Shown here piece by piece: positions 12,250 through 25,570 of a DNA stretch of 64,000 nucleotides; the stretch's first letter is position 1; each line of letters begins with the position of its first letter. Source of the stretch: Squalus acanthias (lineage: Eukaryota); contig CM059431.1 in NCBI GenBank assembly GCA_030390025.1, forward strand, positions 128,156,001-128,220,000, written 5' to 3'. The notes beneath the pieces are model-generated. The model had not been told where the DNA came from, searched no databases, and was given only the letters and a program-made list of their open reading frames with translations. Both the position numbers and the translations under genes were made by a program.

Positions 12250-13393
12250 ATGGATGGTCTGTTAGGGCTGCCTTTGGGGCTGGAGGATGAGGAGGAGCAG
12301 ATAAAAAGACAGGAGGGAGGAGGATCCACTGGGAGAAGAGGGAGGAAACAGGCACTACAAAGGAGACCATTGCCACAGCAAGTCTTGAGTCAACACGTCT
12401 CCTACTTGAAATTCACTGAGGAGAAATCTGTCAAGCGAATTTGCTTCACAAAGGAGGCTGTCACTGAGCAATGTCACTTGCTGCAACCACAACTCGAGCC
12501 ATGAACTAGGGCATGGACAGCACTGCCTGTGGCTGTCAACATCACTGGGACCCTCAACTTTTATGCAACAGGTTTTTTTCAGGCTGCAGCAGGTGACATC
12601 AGTGTCATATCACAATTTACAGTCCATCACTGTATCTGGAACATTGCAGAGAGACTCTACACCAGGAGGAACACATACATTACTTTCCCAATGGGCAGAG
12701 TGAAGCAGGATAAGAGAGCGGAAGGCTTCACCTGCAGAGCAGGCTTCCCCATGGTGCAAAGTGCCATAGACTTCACCCACATTGTCTTGCATGCTTCCCA
12801 TCACCAGCCTGGAATCTCTCAATGTCCAGCATGTTTGCGACCACAGGCATCGCATCATGCAGTTCTGTGCCCAGTTGCCTGGCAACAGTCACGATGCATT
12901 CATTCCGCGCCAATCCTCTGTGCTGCCTTTATTCCAACTAGGCTGTCAGATCACAGGCTGGCTACTGGGTGATGAGAGCTATCCCCTTCAGACTGGACTG
13001 ATGACTCCTGTCAGGAAATCAGGCATAGCTGCAGACGTGGCCTACAATGAGAGCCTCGCTGCCACCAGAAACATCATTGAGCAGACAGTCGGCGTGCTCA
13101 AGCAATGCTTCCGCTCTCTGGACTGTTTGGGAGGAGCTTTGCAGTACTGCCTCTGAAGGCATCCAGATTTGTGGTCATCTGCTACATGCTGCAAAACGTT
13201 TGCCAACATGAGGGACCAGCCCTTACCAGCACCTGGGCAGCAAGAAATGCTGCAGGAGCACCAGGAGCAGGAAGAGGAAGGGGAGGAGCATGAAGAGAAG
13301 GAAGAGGAGGAAGAGCAGGAACGACATTGACCATCAGTGCTCCTAGTTGCTAGAGCTCTCAGATACCAACTCATCCAAAAGTGCTTCATGTGA
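12250..13393 (+). pseudogene. Near full-length HARBI1-like DDE transposase with stops and frameshifts
   Basis: LNFYATGFFQ, FPMVQSAIDFTHI, LNVQHVCD, PGNSHDAFI, WLLGDESYPL, RNIIEQTVGVLKQCFRSL and an acidic C-terminus. Confidence 0.92.
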
Positions 13394-13679
13394 ACTAACC
13401 CTCCCATCCCCAATACACCAACAGTTCTGTAATCCTTATCACCACTGTCCTTATTACCACCATCCCATTGCTTTCCTTCAGCCCAGCCTTGTGGGCCTTA
13501 CACTATAAATATAAATGCCAACACCAAAACCAGAATATATTTTTTTATCCAAGCACTCAATTCCATCTGTGTATAATAGTTAACAGAAATAATTAAGAAT
13601 TACCCTTCTGCTAGCCCTTAGCGCCTTTCTTCTGTGCTCATTTACTTATCTTAATTGTCCCACCAATTGTTTCCCCAGT

Positions 13680-14840
13680 TCTACAGCTTGGGAAGTAGAA
13701 GGCTGCTGAGCTTCATTTGAGGACACTTCAGATGGCTGTGGTGGATGACCTTGATCAGCTCTGAGCCTTGAGGGCTCGTCTGCATACAAAAGCATCTCGG
13801 CATGGGCCAGGGCAGACTGGCCCAGCAGGCTGTGTGGCAATGACAAGCAGACATGCTGTTGTCCTGAGAGAGGACACCAGGTACCTCTCCATTGGAGCCA
13901 AGGCCACTGTCCTGGGACTGCGCCTCAGCACTCCTAAAGCTCTGCGCGAGAACGGAGTGTAAGAGTGATGCGTCTCTCTGGAAGCTCCTGCCAACACTAG
14001 CCCACAGGACTAAGATGGCAGCCATCTGAACTTCCATGGCAGCAATGTTAGATGTCAGCAGAGGCTCTATCATGGTGGGCACCACTGTCATGTTCATGGA
14101 GCTGACTACTGTGTACATGTTGGACTGATTCGTCTCCATACTCTACACAAAGCCTTGATACAAGTTAGAGCTGGACTCCTCCATTCTCTGTGCCATTGTG
14201 TGCAAGCTCACTGGCAGGTTGTCCTGTCCACCTAGCATCTCCTGGTTTATGCCCATCAGCCTTCTTCAGTAGCCTGGTCTCTCAAAGTCAACATCTGAGT
14301 CCTCTGCAGCAGAGTTAGTATGTGATCTCACCCTCCGGTGAGCTGGCACCTGTGACATCCTGTCCCCTGCCCTAGGCCCTGCACACTTGTGGCTGGTGAT
14401 TCACCATATAAAGACCCCTTCTCTAGCCTAGCCTGTAAAGTACGCCTGGTGCCAATCTCTGAGCTGGAGCTTGCTAGGGTCAGAACGAGTGATGCTGTGC
14501 CTTCAAGAAGTGGCAGTGGTGTCTCCACATTTTCAGCACCTGAAAGTAAAGGGTTAGCTTTTATTCTGAAGGGAGAGCAGAGGTAAAAGTGGCTGGTGAA
14601 TGCAGTTATAGTTTGTCATGCAGAGTGTGTGGGGTGAGAGAGAGATAAGAAGGGAAAAAAAGGATAAGATGTGAAGAAATATGGCATAACGTCTCCTCCA
14701 GTATTGCCAGTCACCACAGCCATGACTCTCCCTCTGCCCATGATGACCAGCATGCTTCCTTCGAGGTGGGAGAGGTTACGCAGGTGGGCTCGGGCTCGTC
14801 CGGTGGCAGCCTCCTGTCTCAAGTTATGCACAGCCTTCTC
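13680..14840 (-). pseudogene. Harbinger Myb-like gene, exons 2-3 remnant
   Basis: cttgcag acceptor then EKAVHNLRQEAATGRARAHL; exon 3 follows tttcag at 14540; homologous to the other copies. Confidence 0.75.
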
Positions 14841-15532
14841 CTGCAAGAAAGAAGGGAGTGTGTTGGTGGCATCCTTGTGATGTGTTTAGAGGATGTGCCT
14901 GTCATGGTAGAATAGTTGGTTTGCAGTGTGCAAGATGTGAGGTGTGGGGAAAGTAGATTTGCAATAGTGGTGACTGTAAGTATGAGGAAAGGGAGGTGGA
15001 GTGAAGTGTGGTGCAGTGATTGTCGGAGAGTGAAGGGAAGCGGGGGAAGGGAGTACTATGAGCAGTGAAGCTGGAGTTTTTCCTACTTGTATTTGATTTA
15101 TATTCAAAGCAACTAGACAATGGTTGGTTCCAACAGAATAGCTTAGAAGTGAGCAGTTGTACATAGTATCTTTTCATTCTGCATGGTTTAAGAACTATAA
15201 TTTCATAATGCAGCAAGTGCCAAATGCACTGAAGGGTGTAGAAAATAGCTCAATAAATTATTTGTATGTTGCCATCTTGATAAAAGGTGAAATTTAACTT
15301 TCATGAGAACGTATTGATCCAATTGAGTTACCAGCGTCATTTTAAACTTGTTGTTGCTAACTTAAAATCACCATAGTCCTTCATTTCTTTTGAGGATCTA
15401 TTCTATAAGCACCACCTCATCTTCCTGTTTAACTTAATTCTACTAACATTTTCAAAAACATCAGGTGCTCCATGTTATTCAATCATTGATGAATTGAGGC
15501 TCACAATATATTTTGAACGCTGCAAATTGGTG

Positions 15533-17146
15533 ATAAGAACATAAGAACATAAGAATTAGGAGCAGGAGTAGGTCATACAGCCCCTCGAGCCTGCTCCGCC
15601 ATTCAATAAGATCATGGCTGATCTTCTACCTCAACTCCACTTTCCCGCCTGATCCCCATATCCCTTGATTTCCCTAGAGTCCAAAAATCTATCTCAGCCT
15701 TGAGCATTCTCAATGATTCAGCATCCATAGCACTTTGGGATAGAGAATTCCAAAGATTCACAACCCTCTGAATGAAGAAATTTCTCCTCATCTCAGTCTT
15801 AAATGGCAGATACCTTATCCTGAGACTATCCTCCCTAGTTCTCGACACTCCAGCCAGGGGAAACAACCTCTCAGCATCTACCCTGTCAATCCCCTTCAGA
15901 ATCTTATATGTTTCAATGAGATCACCTCTCATTCTTCTAAACTCCAGAGAGAATAAGCCCAATCTACTCAATCTCTCCTCATAGGCAACCCTCTCACTCC
16001 AGGAATCAATCTAGTGAACCTTCATTTCACCCTCTCTAAAGCAAGTATATCCTTCCTTAGGTATGGAGACCAAAACTGTGCACAGTACTCCAGGTGTGGT
16101 CTTACCAAAGCCTTGTACAATTGTAGCAATACTTCCTTACTCTTGTACTCCAACCCCCCTGCAATAAAGTCCAACATGCCATTTGCCTTCCTAATTGCTT
16201 GCTGTATCTGCGTGCTAACTCGCTGGTCTAGAAATTGGGCACCTTAGCGACTCCGTGGGGTGATAATGGGGTGCTAATCACTTGCCGACCGGGCGCAGCG
16301 AGAAGATCGGCTCCCACTATATTCGGCGGGAGGTTTGCGCCGGTGGTATGGCGTTGCGCCCCGATCTCCTTCACCCAGATATCGTGACATCATCGCTGTG
16401 CGCATCGCCCCAGTAGTGCCCCGGACGTGAACTTCGGTTCCACTCCCTGCAGCATCATCAGGCGAAAACACCAGCAGGTGCAGGAGGCATTCATCGGGAG
16501 GCCAGGCATTTCAGGGGCGAGGTGGCCAAGGTAAGTGGAAAAAAATTTCAAATGCTCTTTCTGGTTAATTTTCATTTTTCTTTGCCAGCAATTGATCAGC
16601 CTGACACTCTGCTGCAGTGCATCGGGCTGATCGGGAGGGAAGGAGCCTTCCAACGCGCCAGCGCTGCCTGTTGCGCTCCAGGAAGGAAGTGGAGCGTTTG
16701 AGTTAGCGCTCCACTTCCTTCCTGGAGTGCAAAACCGAATTTTTTATAAGTTGAAAAACATTAGCACCTGGTGCTAATTTTTTCAACTTTTAAAAGTTAG
16801 CGCCCCAAATGAGGCTATAATGAATTTCTCCCCCTCTGTTTCCTCTACAAAGACACCTAAATCTCTCTGAAAACCAAAATTTAATATTTTCTCACCATTT
16901 AAAAAATATTTTGTTTTTCTATTCTTCTACCAAAGTGAATAACCTCACATTTCCCCACATTATACTCCATCTGCCACCTTATTGCCCACTCACTTAACCT
17001 GTCTCTATCCCTTTGCAGGCTCTTTGTGTCCTCCTCACAGCTTACTTTCCCACCTAGCTTTGTATCATCAGCAAACTTGGATACATTGCATTCGGTCCCT
17101 TCATCTAAGTCATTAATATAGATTGTTAATAGCTGAAGCCCATTAC
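15533..17146 (-). mobile_element. CR1 LINE 3' portion interrupted by a MITE
   Basis: [17 protein letters not shown] at 16899-17153, RRMRGDLIE..WNSL at 15612-15971 and a microsatellite tail; CR1 sequence resumes across 16225-16834. Confidence 0.92.
16225..16834. mobile_element. Harbinger-type MITE inserted in CR1
   Basis: Termini ggtctagaaattgg / gaatttctccccc; similar to 8327-8820. Confidence 0.85.
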
Positions 17147-17337
17147 TGGCCAAAGTAATTGCATGCCTTATCTGATTAGTATTATTTTTGTATATCCCTT
17201 GTTTATGTGAAGCATCTGGCAGTTTTTAAATAATAGGATAATTACTTATGTATGGTGTCAAAAAATGTGGAATGTTAAGAACTTTAATCTGAATAAAGAT
17301 AACCTCTTTAGACTCTCTGGCCTACAAATTTGGTTGT

Positions 17338-17875
17338 GTATCAAAGTCACAAATGACATCCTTTGTGACTGTAACAAAGGTAAACTATCCCTCATCATCC
17401 TTCTTGACTTGTCTGCAGCCTTTGATACAGTTGACCACTCCATCCTTCTCCAATGCCTCTCCACCGTTGTCCAGCTGGGTGGGACTGCACTCGCCTGGTT
17501 CCATTCTTTATCTATCACCTGCAATGGCTTCGCTTCCTGCTCCCGCATCATTACCTCTGGTGTCCCCCAAGGATCTATCCTTGGCCTCCTCCTATTTCTC
17601 ATGTACATGCTGCCCTTTGGCGACATCATCCAAAAATACAGCGTCGGTTTCCACATGTAGGCTGACGACACCCAGCTCTACCTCACTACCTCTTCCCTCG
17701 ACCCCTCCATGGTCTCTAAGTTATCAGACTGCTTGTCCGACATCCAGTTCTGGATGAACAGAAATTTTGTCCAATTAAATATTGGGAAGACCGAAGCCAT
17801 TGTTTTTGGTCCCCACCACAAACTCCATTCCCTAGCCATTGACTCCATCCCTCTCCCTAACATCTGTCTGAGCCT
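17338..17875 (+). mobile_element. L2 LINE RT fragment
   Basis: KVTNDIL, LLDLSAAFDTVDHSILL, GVPQGSILG, (Y>stop)ADDTQLY and LNIGKTE motifs. Confidence 0.9.
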
Positions 17876-19775
17876 CAGCAATCCTAGTAATCTGATGGGG
17901 TACAGACTGCTGGACTGCTGTGACACCCTGCAAGCCCCTTCCAACACTGGTAAATCCAGCCATGATGGCAGCAGTCTGTGCTTGCCTAGTAGCAAGCTGA
18001 GCTTGCATGACTTCAGTCTGAGCTTCCATTGCAGCACTCAGATGTTGGGTGGCTTTTGCTTGAGCTGCAATGGGTGCTGAGACTTCGGCCATCAGACGAG
18101 GCATGATGGTTGGGTCAACAAGTGTGTTAATGGATCTGCCCACCCCTTCCACGCTGGAAAGGATGGGCTCCACGCTCTGCCCAAAGCCCTGTGCTAGGCT
18201 GGAGCTGGACTCCTCCATGCTCCTTGACATTGCATTCAGGCTTTCTGGCAGGCCTTCCAATGCACTAAGCATTTCATTGTGCATACCCATCAGCATTCTT
18301 CTGTAGGCTACCCCATCAAAGTCTTCATCTGAGTCCTGTGCAGCAGAACTCTAGTGCAACCTCACCCTCCAGGGAGCTGGCATCTGAGCTACCCTTTCCC
18401 CTCTCACCACGTGCAGATCCCACATCTAAGCTTTCCTCTAAATTAACGCGGAGTGTCAGTATTTGAGCTGGTGGCTGGGAGTGTGAAATCGAGTGATGTG
18501 TTTCTTCTTTTACTTCTTCACTCTCCTCTCCCTCTTCATGTTGACCCACTGGCTGGGCAGGCTGGATTTCTTGGGTGTCTGAAATGAGAATGGTACAAGA
18601 GTAGGGTTGTGGTGAGGTGAGGGGGGGTGCGGGGGGGCGGGGGGGCGGGGTTGGGGGGAAGCCAGAGTTGCATACTTACACCATGTGCAGCTTGTAAATC
18701 AGAAGCAATTGTGGGATGAGAGGGAAGTGGGATGTGAGAAGGAGGATATCATATGAGGATACCGACATCTTGTATTCTTTCAGCCCCACCACTGACCACG
18801 GCTCAGCCATGCCCCTGCCAAGATTGGCCAGCACTGTCTTCTCCAAGGGGGTGAGGTCATGCAGGCGAGCCTGTCCCCTGCCAGTTAAGGTCTGCTGGCA
18901 CAGGTTATGCGCCACCTTTTCCTGTAGGAGAAAGAAAAGTGTGTCAGGGAGTGTGGTGTAATGTGTTTGGGTGATGTGCCTGTCATGGTTGAATAGCTGG
19001 CAGTTTGCTTAAGCTGTGAGATGTGGGTATGAGTCTTGCAGCAATGGTAAGTGTGTGCGAGTGAGGTGAAGCTATGAATATGAGGTGTGAGTCCTGTTTG
19101 GTAGAAATTGTTGGTACGCGAGTGATGGGGGTGTGGTGCATTGAGCAGTTTGTGAGGCTCGTGGTGCAGATTTTGGGATATAGCATTTGAAGATGAATTC
19201 ACTGACCTTGACCACTTGTGTGAGGTCATTAAACTTCTTTCTGCACTGATTCCAGGTCCTAGGGGCTATACCGCAGGCATTTACCACAGTGGCTATCTGC
19301 TCCCACTGCAGTCTGGTCTATTGCCTGGAGGGCCTCTTGGCCCCATGTGGAAAGAAGACCTCTCTCCTGGAGTTGATGTCCTGGACCAAGGCCTCCAGTG
19401 CTGCATCCAAGAACCTTGGAGCCCTTTCACTGGCCTATTGAGCCATTATTCAGCAGTCTTCTACTAACACTTGCCTCCACAACCAGTTCCAGCAGCTGCT
19501 GCAGGCAGTATGCACCTCCCCTTTAAGAGGTGCAGACTACCTTCAAGAAGTGGAGCCTAGCTTTAATTGGAGCTAGTCTAGCATGAACTTGGTCCCCCTG
19601 CTGAGCGTTCAGCCACTCAGCAGCGTGTTCAGCACTGGGCTGAATGATACAATCATGTAAATTAGCACGCAGCACAAAGTTTGCATGCTGCCTGCAGTCC
19701 TCCAAATGGGCGCGGGTTGATAACGCATCTCGATCCCCGTGCCTGTTTTCGGGCATTATCCAATTTCTAGGTCCC
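17876..19775 (-). mobile_element. Harbinger Myb-gene end with pseudogene; exons about 19446-19207, 18921-18763, 18578-17880
   Basis: ERAPRFLDAALEALV..RTWNQCRKKFNDLTQVVK|GTCAGT; cctacag|EKVAHN; tttcag acceptor; terminus aatttctaggtccc. Confidence 0.85.
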
Positions 19776-20034
19776 TGTATTTTACATTAAACTAGCAAAG
19801 CAACTTTAGTCAGTCAGAAATGTGTTTTCAATCTAATGTACTATTTCAAAGAAAGATACGGAAGATTCAGAGAGAACTGGATAACTAAAGCCAGGATTGG
19901 GATCTATCATGTGACACTTGTTCCATATCAGGATATTTGATTCAGAAGATTTAACTGAGAACCAAGAACTGTCTATCTTGGGAATTAACCTGAAAAACCT
20001 TCAATCCACATGCTATCCTGCTGCATTACTGTTT

Positions 20035-23000
20035 AGCATAACTTCATTACTTTTCAATTCTATCCCTCTAGAAATAAACCCTAGTGCCTGGTTTGCTTTT
20101 TTATGGCCTTGTTAACCTGTGTTGCTACTTTTAGTGTTTTGTGTATTTGTACTCCAAGGTCCCTTTGCTCCTCTACCCCACCTAGACTCGTACCCTCCAA
20201 GTAATAAGTGACCTTCCTATTCTTCCTACCAAAATGTAATACCTCACATTTATCCGTGTTGAAATTCATTTTCCAATTATATGCCCATTCTTCAAGTTTA
20301 TTAATGTCTTCCTGTAATTTGATGCAGTCCTCCTCAGTATTGATTGTCCCCCCCAATTTGGTGTCATCCGCAAATTTAGAAATTGTGTTTCAGATTCCAA
20401 TGTCTAAATCGTTAATATAAATTGTGAACAATGGTCTCAGCACAGATCCTTGTGGAACACCACTACCCATCTTCTGCCACTGTGAATAGCTACCCTTTAC
20501 CCCTACTCTCTGCTTTCTGTCTTGAAGCTAGCTAGCCATCCATTCTGCTACTTGTCCCATGACGCCACATTCTCTGACTTTATTCATTAGTCTATTATGT
20601 GGTACCTTATCGAAAGCCTTTTGAAAATATAGATAAATTACATCTACTGCATTACCCTTATCTATTCTCTCTGTTACCTCTTCAAAAAATTCAATGAAGT
20701 TGGTCAAGTAAGACTTTCCCTTTTGAAATCCATGCTGACTATTCATTATTATATTTTTGGTTTCTAGATGTTCTTCTATTGTCTCCCTTAGTAAGGATTC
20801 CATTACTTTTCCTACCACTGATGTTAAGCTGACTGGTCTATAGTTCCCTGGACATGTTCTATTTCCCTTCTTAAATATTAAAATATGTAGTAACGCCTCT
20901 GTTATCTCTTCCCTAGATTCTTATAAAATGCGTAAATGTAATCCATCTGGAGCAGGGTTTGTTTTCCTCTTTGAGCTTGATTAGTTTATTTAATATATCT
21001 CCTCTTTTTATTTTAAATGCAGTTATTTCATTACTATTCTCATCCAATGTCATGTTCACCTGTTCTACCTCCCTGGTAAATACTGAGGCAAAGTAATTAT
21101 TTAATATTTCTACCATTCTGTATCACTGCCTGTAGTATTATCCTATCCATCCATTAGTGGCCCTATTCCCATCCTGACCTTCCTTTTTTATTGATGTGCC
21201 TGTAAAATATTTTGCTATTTTGTTTGATGTTCCTTGATAAATTGATTTCATAGTTCCTCTTTGCCTTCCTATTTTTTTTTTACTTCTCTCCTAATCTCTT
21301 CGTATTTTCCCTTATCATGCTCAGCCCCTCAAAGTCAACTTTTCTCCAATCTATTACCCTGGTCTTCGCATACTTATGTCCTTCTCAATTATTATTTTAA
21401 AGTGTATTATATTATGTTCACTATTGCCTAGATGTTCCCCTACTTTTACTTCTCTTTTTTGCTCTGGTTCATTCCCCATTACTAGATGCAATAACGCATC
21501 CTCCCTTTGTTGGGCTTTTTACATATTGGGTTAGAAAGGGTTCCTGTACACATTGTAGGAACTCTATTCCCTTATCCCCTTTACCTACCTCTTCTGTCCA
21601 ATTAATGGTGGGGTAGTTGAAATCCCCCATGATTATTATTCTATGTTTTTTTACTTATTTCCCTAATTTGTTTGCATATTTCTTCCTCCACCTCCCTTCC
21701 ACTATTAGGTGGCCTGTAGACTACCCCTATTAGTGTGATTAATCCTTTATTATATTTTATCTTTATCCACATGGATTCTATTTCTGTCTTGCTGATAGCT
21801 GTGTCACTTTTTCGACTGCCATTCTGTTATCCCTAATAAGTACAGCTACTCCACCTCCCCTTTTTCCCTCTCTATCATTTCTATATATGTTATACCCTGC
21901 AATGTTTAATTCCCAGTCCTGATTTTTCTGTAGCCATATCTCAGTAATCCTTACTATGTCTGGTTCCTCGCAACGCAAGATTGCCTCCAGCTCCCCTGTT
22001 TTATTATGGACACTGTGTACATTGCTGTACAGGCAGTTTAACTCATTTTTAATAGCAGTTCCTTTCACTTTATTTTTAACCATCTTTTTACACTCCTGTT
22101 CTAGAACTCCATTTATTCCCTGGCCATCAATCTCCTTCCTTCCTTTACTCTTTCCTACACTCTCCTTTCCTGTTTTGTTTATATTTAGGCTGGTTTCATT
22201 TCCTGTAGATCCCTCCCCCCATCTTACTAGTTTAAAGCCTTTGCCACCTCCCTATTTACCCTTTCTGCTAGGACACAGATCCCATCCCAGTTCAGGTGGA
22301 GCCCGTCCCATCGGTACAGCTCCTTCCTGTCCCAGTACTGGTGCCAGTGTCCCATGAAAAGTAACCCTTCTTTCCCACACCAGCCCTTTAGCCACGTGTT
22401 AATTCTCCTGATCTGACTGCTTCTATGCCAATTTGCATGTGGCTCGGGCAATAAGCCAGAGATTATTACCCTCGAGGTCTTGCTTTTTAATTTAGCTCCT
22501 AACTCCTGATACTTCTTCAGCAGGACCTCCTCCCTGTTCCTGCCTATGACATTTGTTCCAACATGGACCACAACAACTGGATTTAACCCCTCCCTTTCCA
22601 AGTTCCTCTTCGGGATTCTCGTTCTTGGCTGCAGAGGAGGCTATCTATCCCCTTAATTATGGATTCCCCTATCACTACCACATTTCTACTTTGCCCCCCC
22701 CCCTCCCCCCCTTGGACAGCCTTCTGAGTCTTGGTGCCTTGGTCTGCATTGTGGCTGTCCTCCCCGCAGTCTTTCTCCTTGTCCTCACGGTTAGCGAGCA
22801 CATCGTACCTGTTGGACATCCAACATGATGTATAGACCCAGGTGAAATGAAAAGACCTCCTTCTCAACCTCTCCTAAATCCCTGCTACCCATCTCCCTAG
22901 CAGTCACAAATTCCCCTTGCTCAACCTGTGCTTTCCTCTGAGGTGTGACTGTATTCTAGAAAAAACTGTCCAGAAATTCCTCCCCCTCCCTTATGTGTCA

Positions 23001-23615
23001 GAGTGTCTCTACCTCGCACTCCAGCTCAATGACTCTGAGCCGGAGCGACTGAAGGCAGAGACATTTCCTGCAGATGGGGGAATCTGGGACAGTCTTGTTG
23101 TTCACAAACTCCCACATACTACAGTCCCGACACATAGCCTACCATGCCATCTCTAGAATTCTTTACTTATATGCTTATTTAAATTAGTTAAAGATTTTAA
23201 TCAAGTGATTATTTAGAGTTATATTAATTAATTAGCTTATCTAGTTAAGTTATTAATTTAATAAGGTAGTAGTTATTGTTCTCCAGCTCTTAGTTTAAAA
23301 CACTGCACTAGCTTAGAGACAAAAAAAAACGCTCTATTACTCACCAACCAATCACCTACCTGCTGTCCTGTGACATCACTCCTTGATTTTTTTTTCTCTC
23401 CTCCACTCCACCTCCACTGCTCACCGTGAGTTTAGCCCTCCGCTCCAACCACGCTCTTTATTTACTTGCCTCTGCTCCGGTCCCCGGTTAGGTCCACTCC
23501 ACCTCCACCGCTCACCGTGAGTTTAGCCCTCCGCTCCAACCACGCTCTTTATTTACTTGCCTCTGCTCCGGTCCCCGGTTAGGTCCACTCCACCTCCACC
23601 GCTCACAGTGAGTTT
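20035..23615 (-). mobile_element. CR1 LINE with 5'UTR, ORF1 (SGNH esterase) and decayed ORF2; 3' end missing
   Basis: ORF1 motifs VVIGESII, VVHVGTN, DGLHLN; endonuclease motifs CLYSN..ITEIW..GGGVA; RT motifs QHGF, FQKAFDKV, FADD. Confidence 0.93.
23402..23615. repeat. 91-bp tandem repeat, about 2.3 near-identical copies, at the CR1 5' end
   Basis: Units start at 23402, 23493 and 23584 (tccactccacctccac..gtgagttt..ccccggttagg). Confidence 0.95.
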
Positions 23616-24116
23616 CTTGGGAATGGTCTTTTCATTTCACCTGGGTCTATACATCATGTTGGATGTATAGAGCTGGGGTACATCTGGCTCTCCTCTGATG
23701 CTGCCTGATCAATCTGGCTTCCCTTAGAGGCTCCTGCTGCTTTTCTTCCTCCTCTTATTCCAAAATATAGAACATGCAATGTGGGATTCCCAATGAGATG
23801 CCATTGTGTAGTCCTCAGATCTGAGCTCAGTAATTTTCTTGAAACAAAATGCTTTTCAAGGTTGTTCCAAGAATGTGAGGAACAGCTTCTTGAGTATGAG
23901 TGAAAAGAGTTTTGCAATACCTGTAGTAAGACCCAAGATTTGGCCAAACATTTCCACAAGCAATCTCAATTGAGGAGTGTCCCTTTAACCAAGTACTTCT
24001 GCCTTTATAAATGTGTCCTGGCAGAAAATGGCTCACATTTTTAAGCGCGGATGGGTTATATCATTGTGTTCTAACTCTCTCATTAGCTGCTGCAGGTTCC
24101 AAATCCTGCAGTTTTT

Positions 24117-25025
24117 TTATTTTTTACTCATTGCCAGCAAGGCCAGCATTAATTGCTCATCCCTAATTGCCCTTGGGAGGTGCTGTTGAAGAAGCCTTGG
24201 CGAGTTGCTGCAGTGCATCTTGTGCGTGGTACACACTGCAGCCATGGTGTGCCGGTAGTGGAGGGATTGAATGTTTAAGGTGGTGGATGGGGTGCCAGTC
24301 AAGTGGCCTGCTTTATCCTGGATGGTGTTGATCTTCTTGAGTGTTGTTGGAGCTGCACTCATCCAGGCAAGTGGAGAATATTCCATCACACGCCTGACAA
24401 GGACCTTGTAGATGGTGGAAAGGCTTTGGGGAGCTAAGAGGTGCAGAAACTGAACACTGTGCAATCATCAGCAAACATCCCTATTCTGACCTTATCATGG
24501 AGGGAAGGTCTTTGATGAAGCAGCTGAAGATGGTTGGCCCTAGGATATTGCCCTGAGGAACTGGGGAAGTCAGGAGGTAAGTCACTTGCCACAGAATACC
24601 CAGCCTCTGACCTGCTCTTGTAGCCACGGTATTTATGTGGCTGGTCCAGTTAAATTTCTAGTCAATGGTGACCCCCAGGATGTTGATGGTGGGGGATTTG
24701 ACAATGGTAATGCCATTGAATGTCATGGGGAGGTGGTTAGACTTTTGCTTATTGGAGATAGTCATTACCTGGCACTTGTGTGGTGCAAATGTTACCTGCC
24801 ACTTATCAGCCCAAGCCTGAATGTCATCCAGATCTTGCGGCACGCACTGCTTCATTATCTGAGGAATTGCAAATGGAACTGAATACTGTGCAATCATCAG
24901 CAAACATCACCACTGCTGACCTTATGATGGAGGGAAGATCATTAATGAAGCAGCTGAAGATTGTTCAGCCTAGGACACTGCCCTGAGGAATTCCTGCAGC
25001 GTTGTCCTGGGGCTGAGATGATTGT
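24117..25025 (-). mobile_element. Two fragments of a second CR1/Jockey-group LINE family (RT C-terminal region)
   Basis: GVPQG..LGPT, FADDCTV, DLDDIQAWADKWQVTF, MEYSPLAWMSAAPTTL. Confidence 0.85.
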
Positions 25026-25288
25026 CAGTTACAATTAGTCAGGATTTATGGAACGGATAATAGTAATGGTTGGTATAAGGGAGACAGGATCTAGGTTGTG
25101 AGACTTTGGTGTACTAGCATACATTACTGGATGTGAAACACTTGACATGAGCGTTGCCAAGTAACTTTGCTGCTGGCACAGGAAACATGGTAACTTGTGA
25201 TACCCTAAAGACAATGCTTAATCATTGTTCTGGGGAATACCTATGTTCTTTGGTTATTTGCCCTTTTATTCATCTGAAAACACTCTTA

Positions 25289-25510
25289 CCTTTGCTGACC
25301 TGGTGATGTCATTAAACTTCTGACACTGCAAAGGGTCCTTTGTTTTATCGAGATCCCATTCACAGCTCCAGCCATGTCCATTTAGATAGCCCATGCTGCT
25401 GCCTGCGATAGCTTCTTCCATGATGTACCAACTACTGCGCCCCTCTTTTCTCTAATTTTGGCTAGCAGCAATTCCACATCAGCTTCAGTGAAGTTAGATA
25501 CTCATCTATT
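25289..25510 (-). pseudogene. Old Harbinger Myb exon 1 remnant
   Basis: NFTEADVELLLAKIREKR..QCQKFNDITRSAK followed by a GTAAGA donor. Confidence 0.6.
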
Positions 25511-25570
25511 CCCCTCTTAAGCACCAACTATTTTAGTCCCTCTTCCAAGAGCCATTTCAGCTTTTTAAGA

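Larger units (their letters stand above)
11791..15062. mobile_element. Harbinger element: nuclease (+) converging on Myb exons 2-3 (-); Myb-side end missing
   Basis: Left TIR ggcctagaaatt, nuclease and Myb remnants, aataaa-like AT-rich spacer between the genes. Confidence 0.85.

Noticed and set aside
12250..13393. Domesticated host HARBI1 gene
   Set aside because: Has stops and frameshifts, a TIR, a Myb partner and many paralogous decayed copies, so it is a transposon relic.
19825..19990. Minus-strand 52-codon frame after tttttcag as a terminal exon
   Set aside because: Unrecognised peptide, length compatible with chance, no linked upstream exon.
23402..23615. Possible CRISPR-like array
   Set aside because: Units are contiguous and near-identical with no unique spacers; eukaryotic context with no cas genes.
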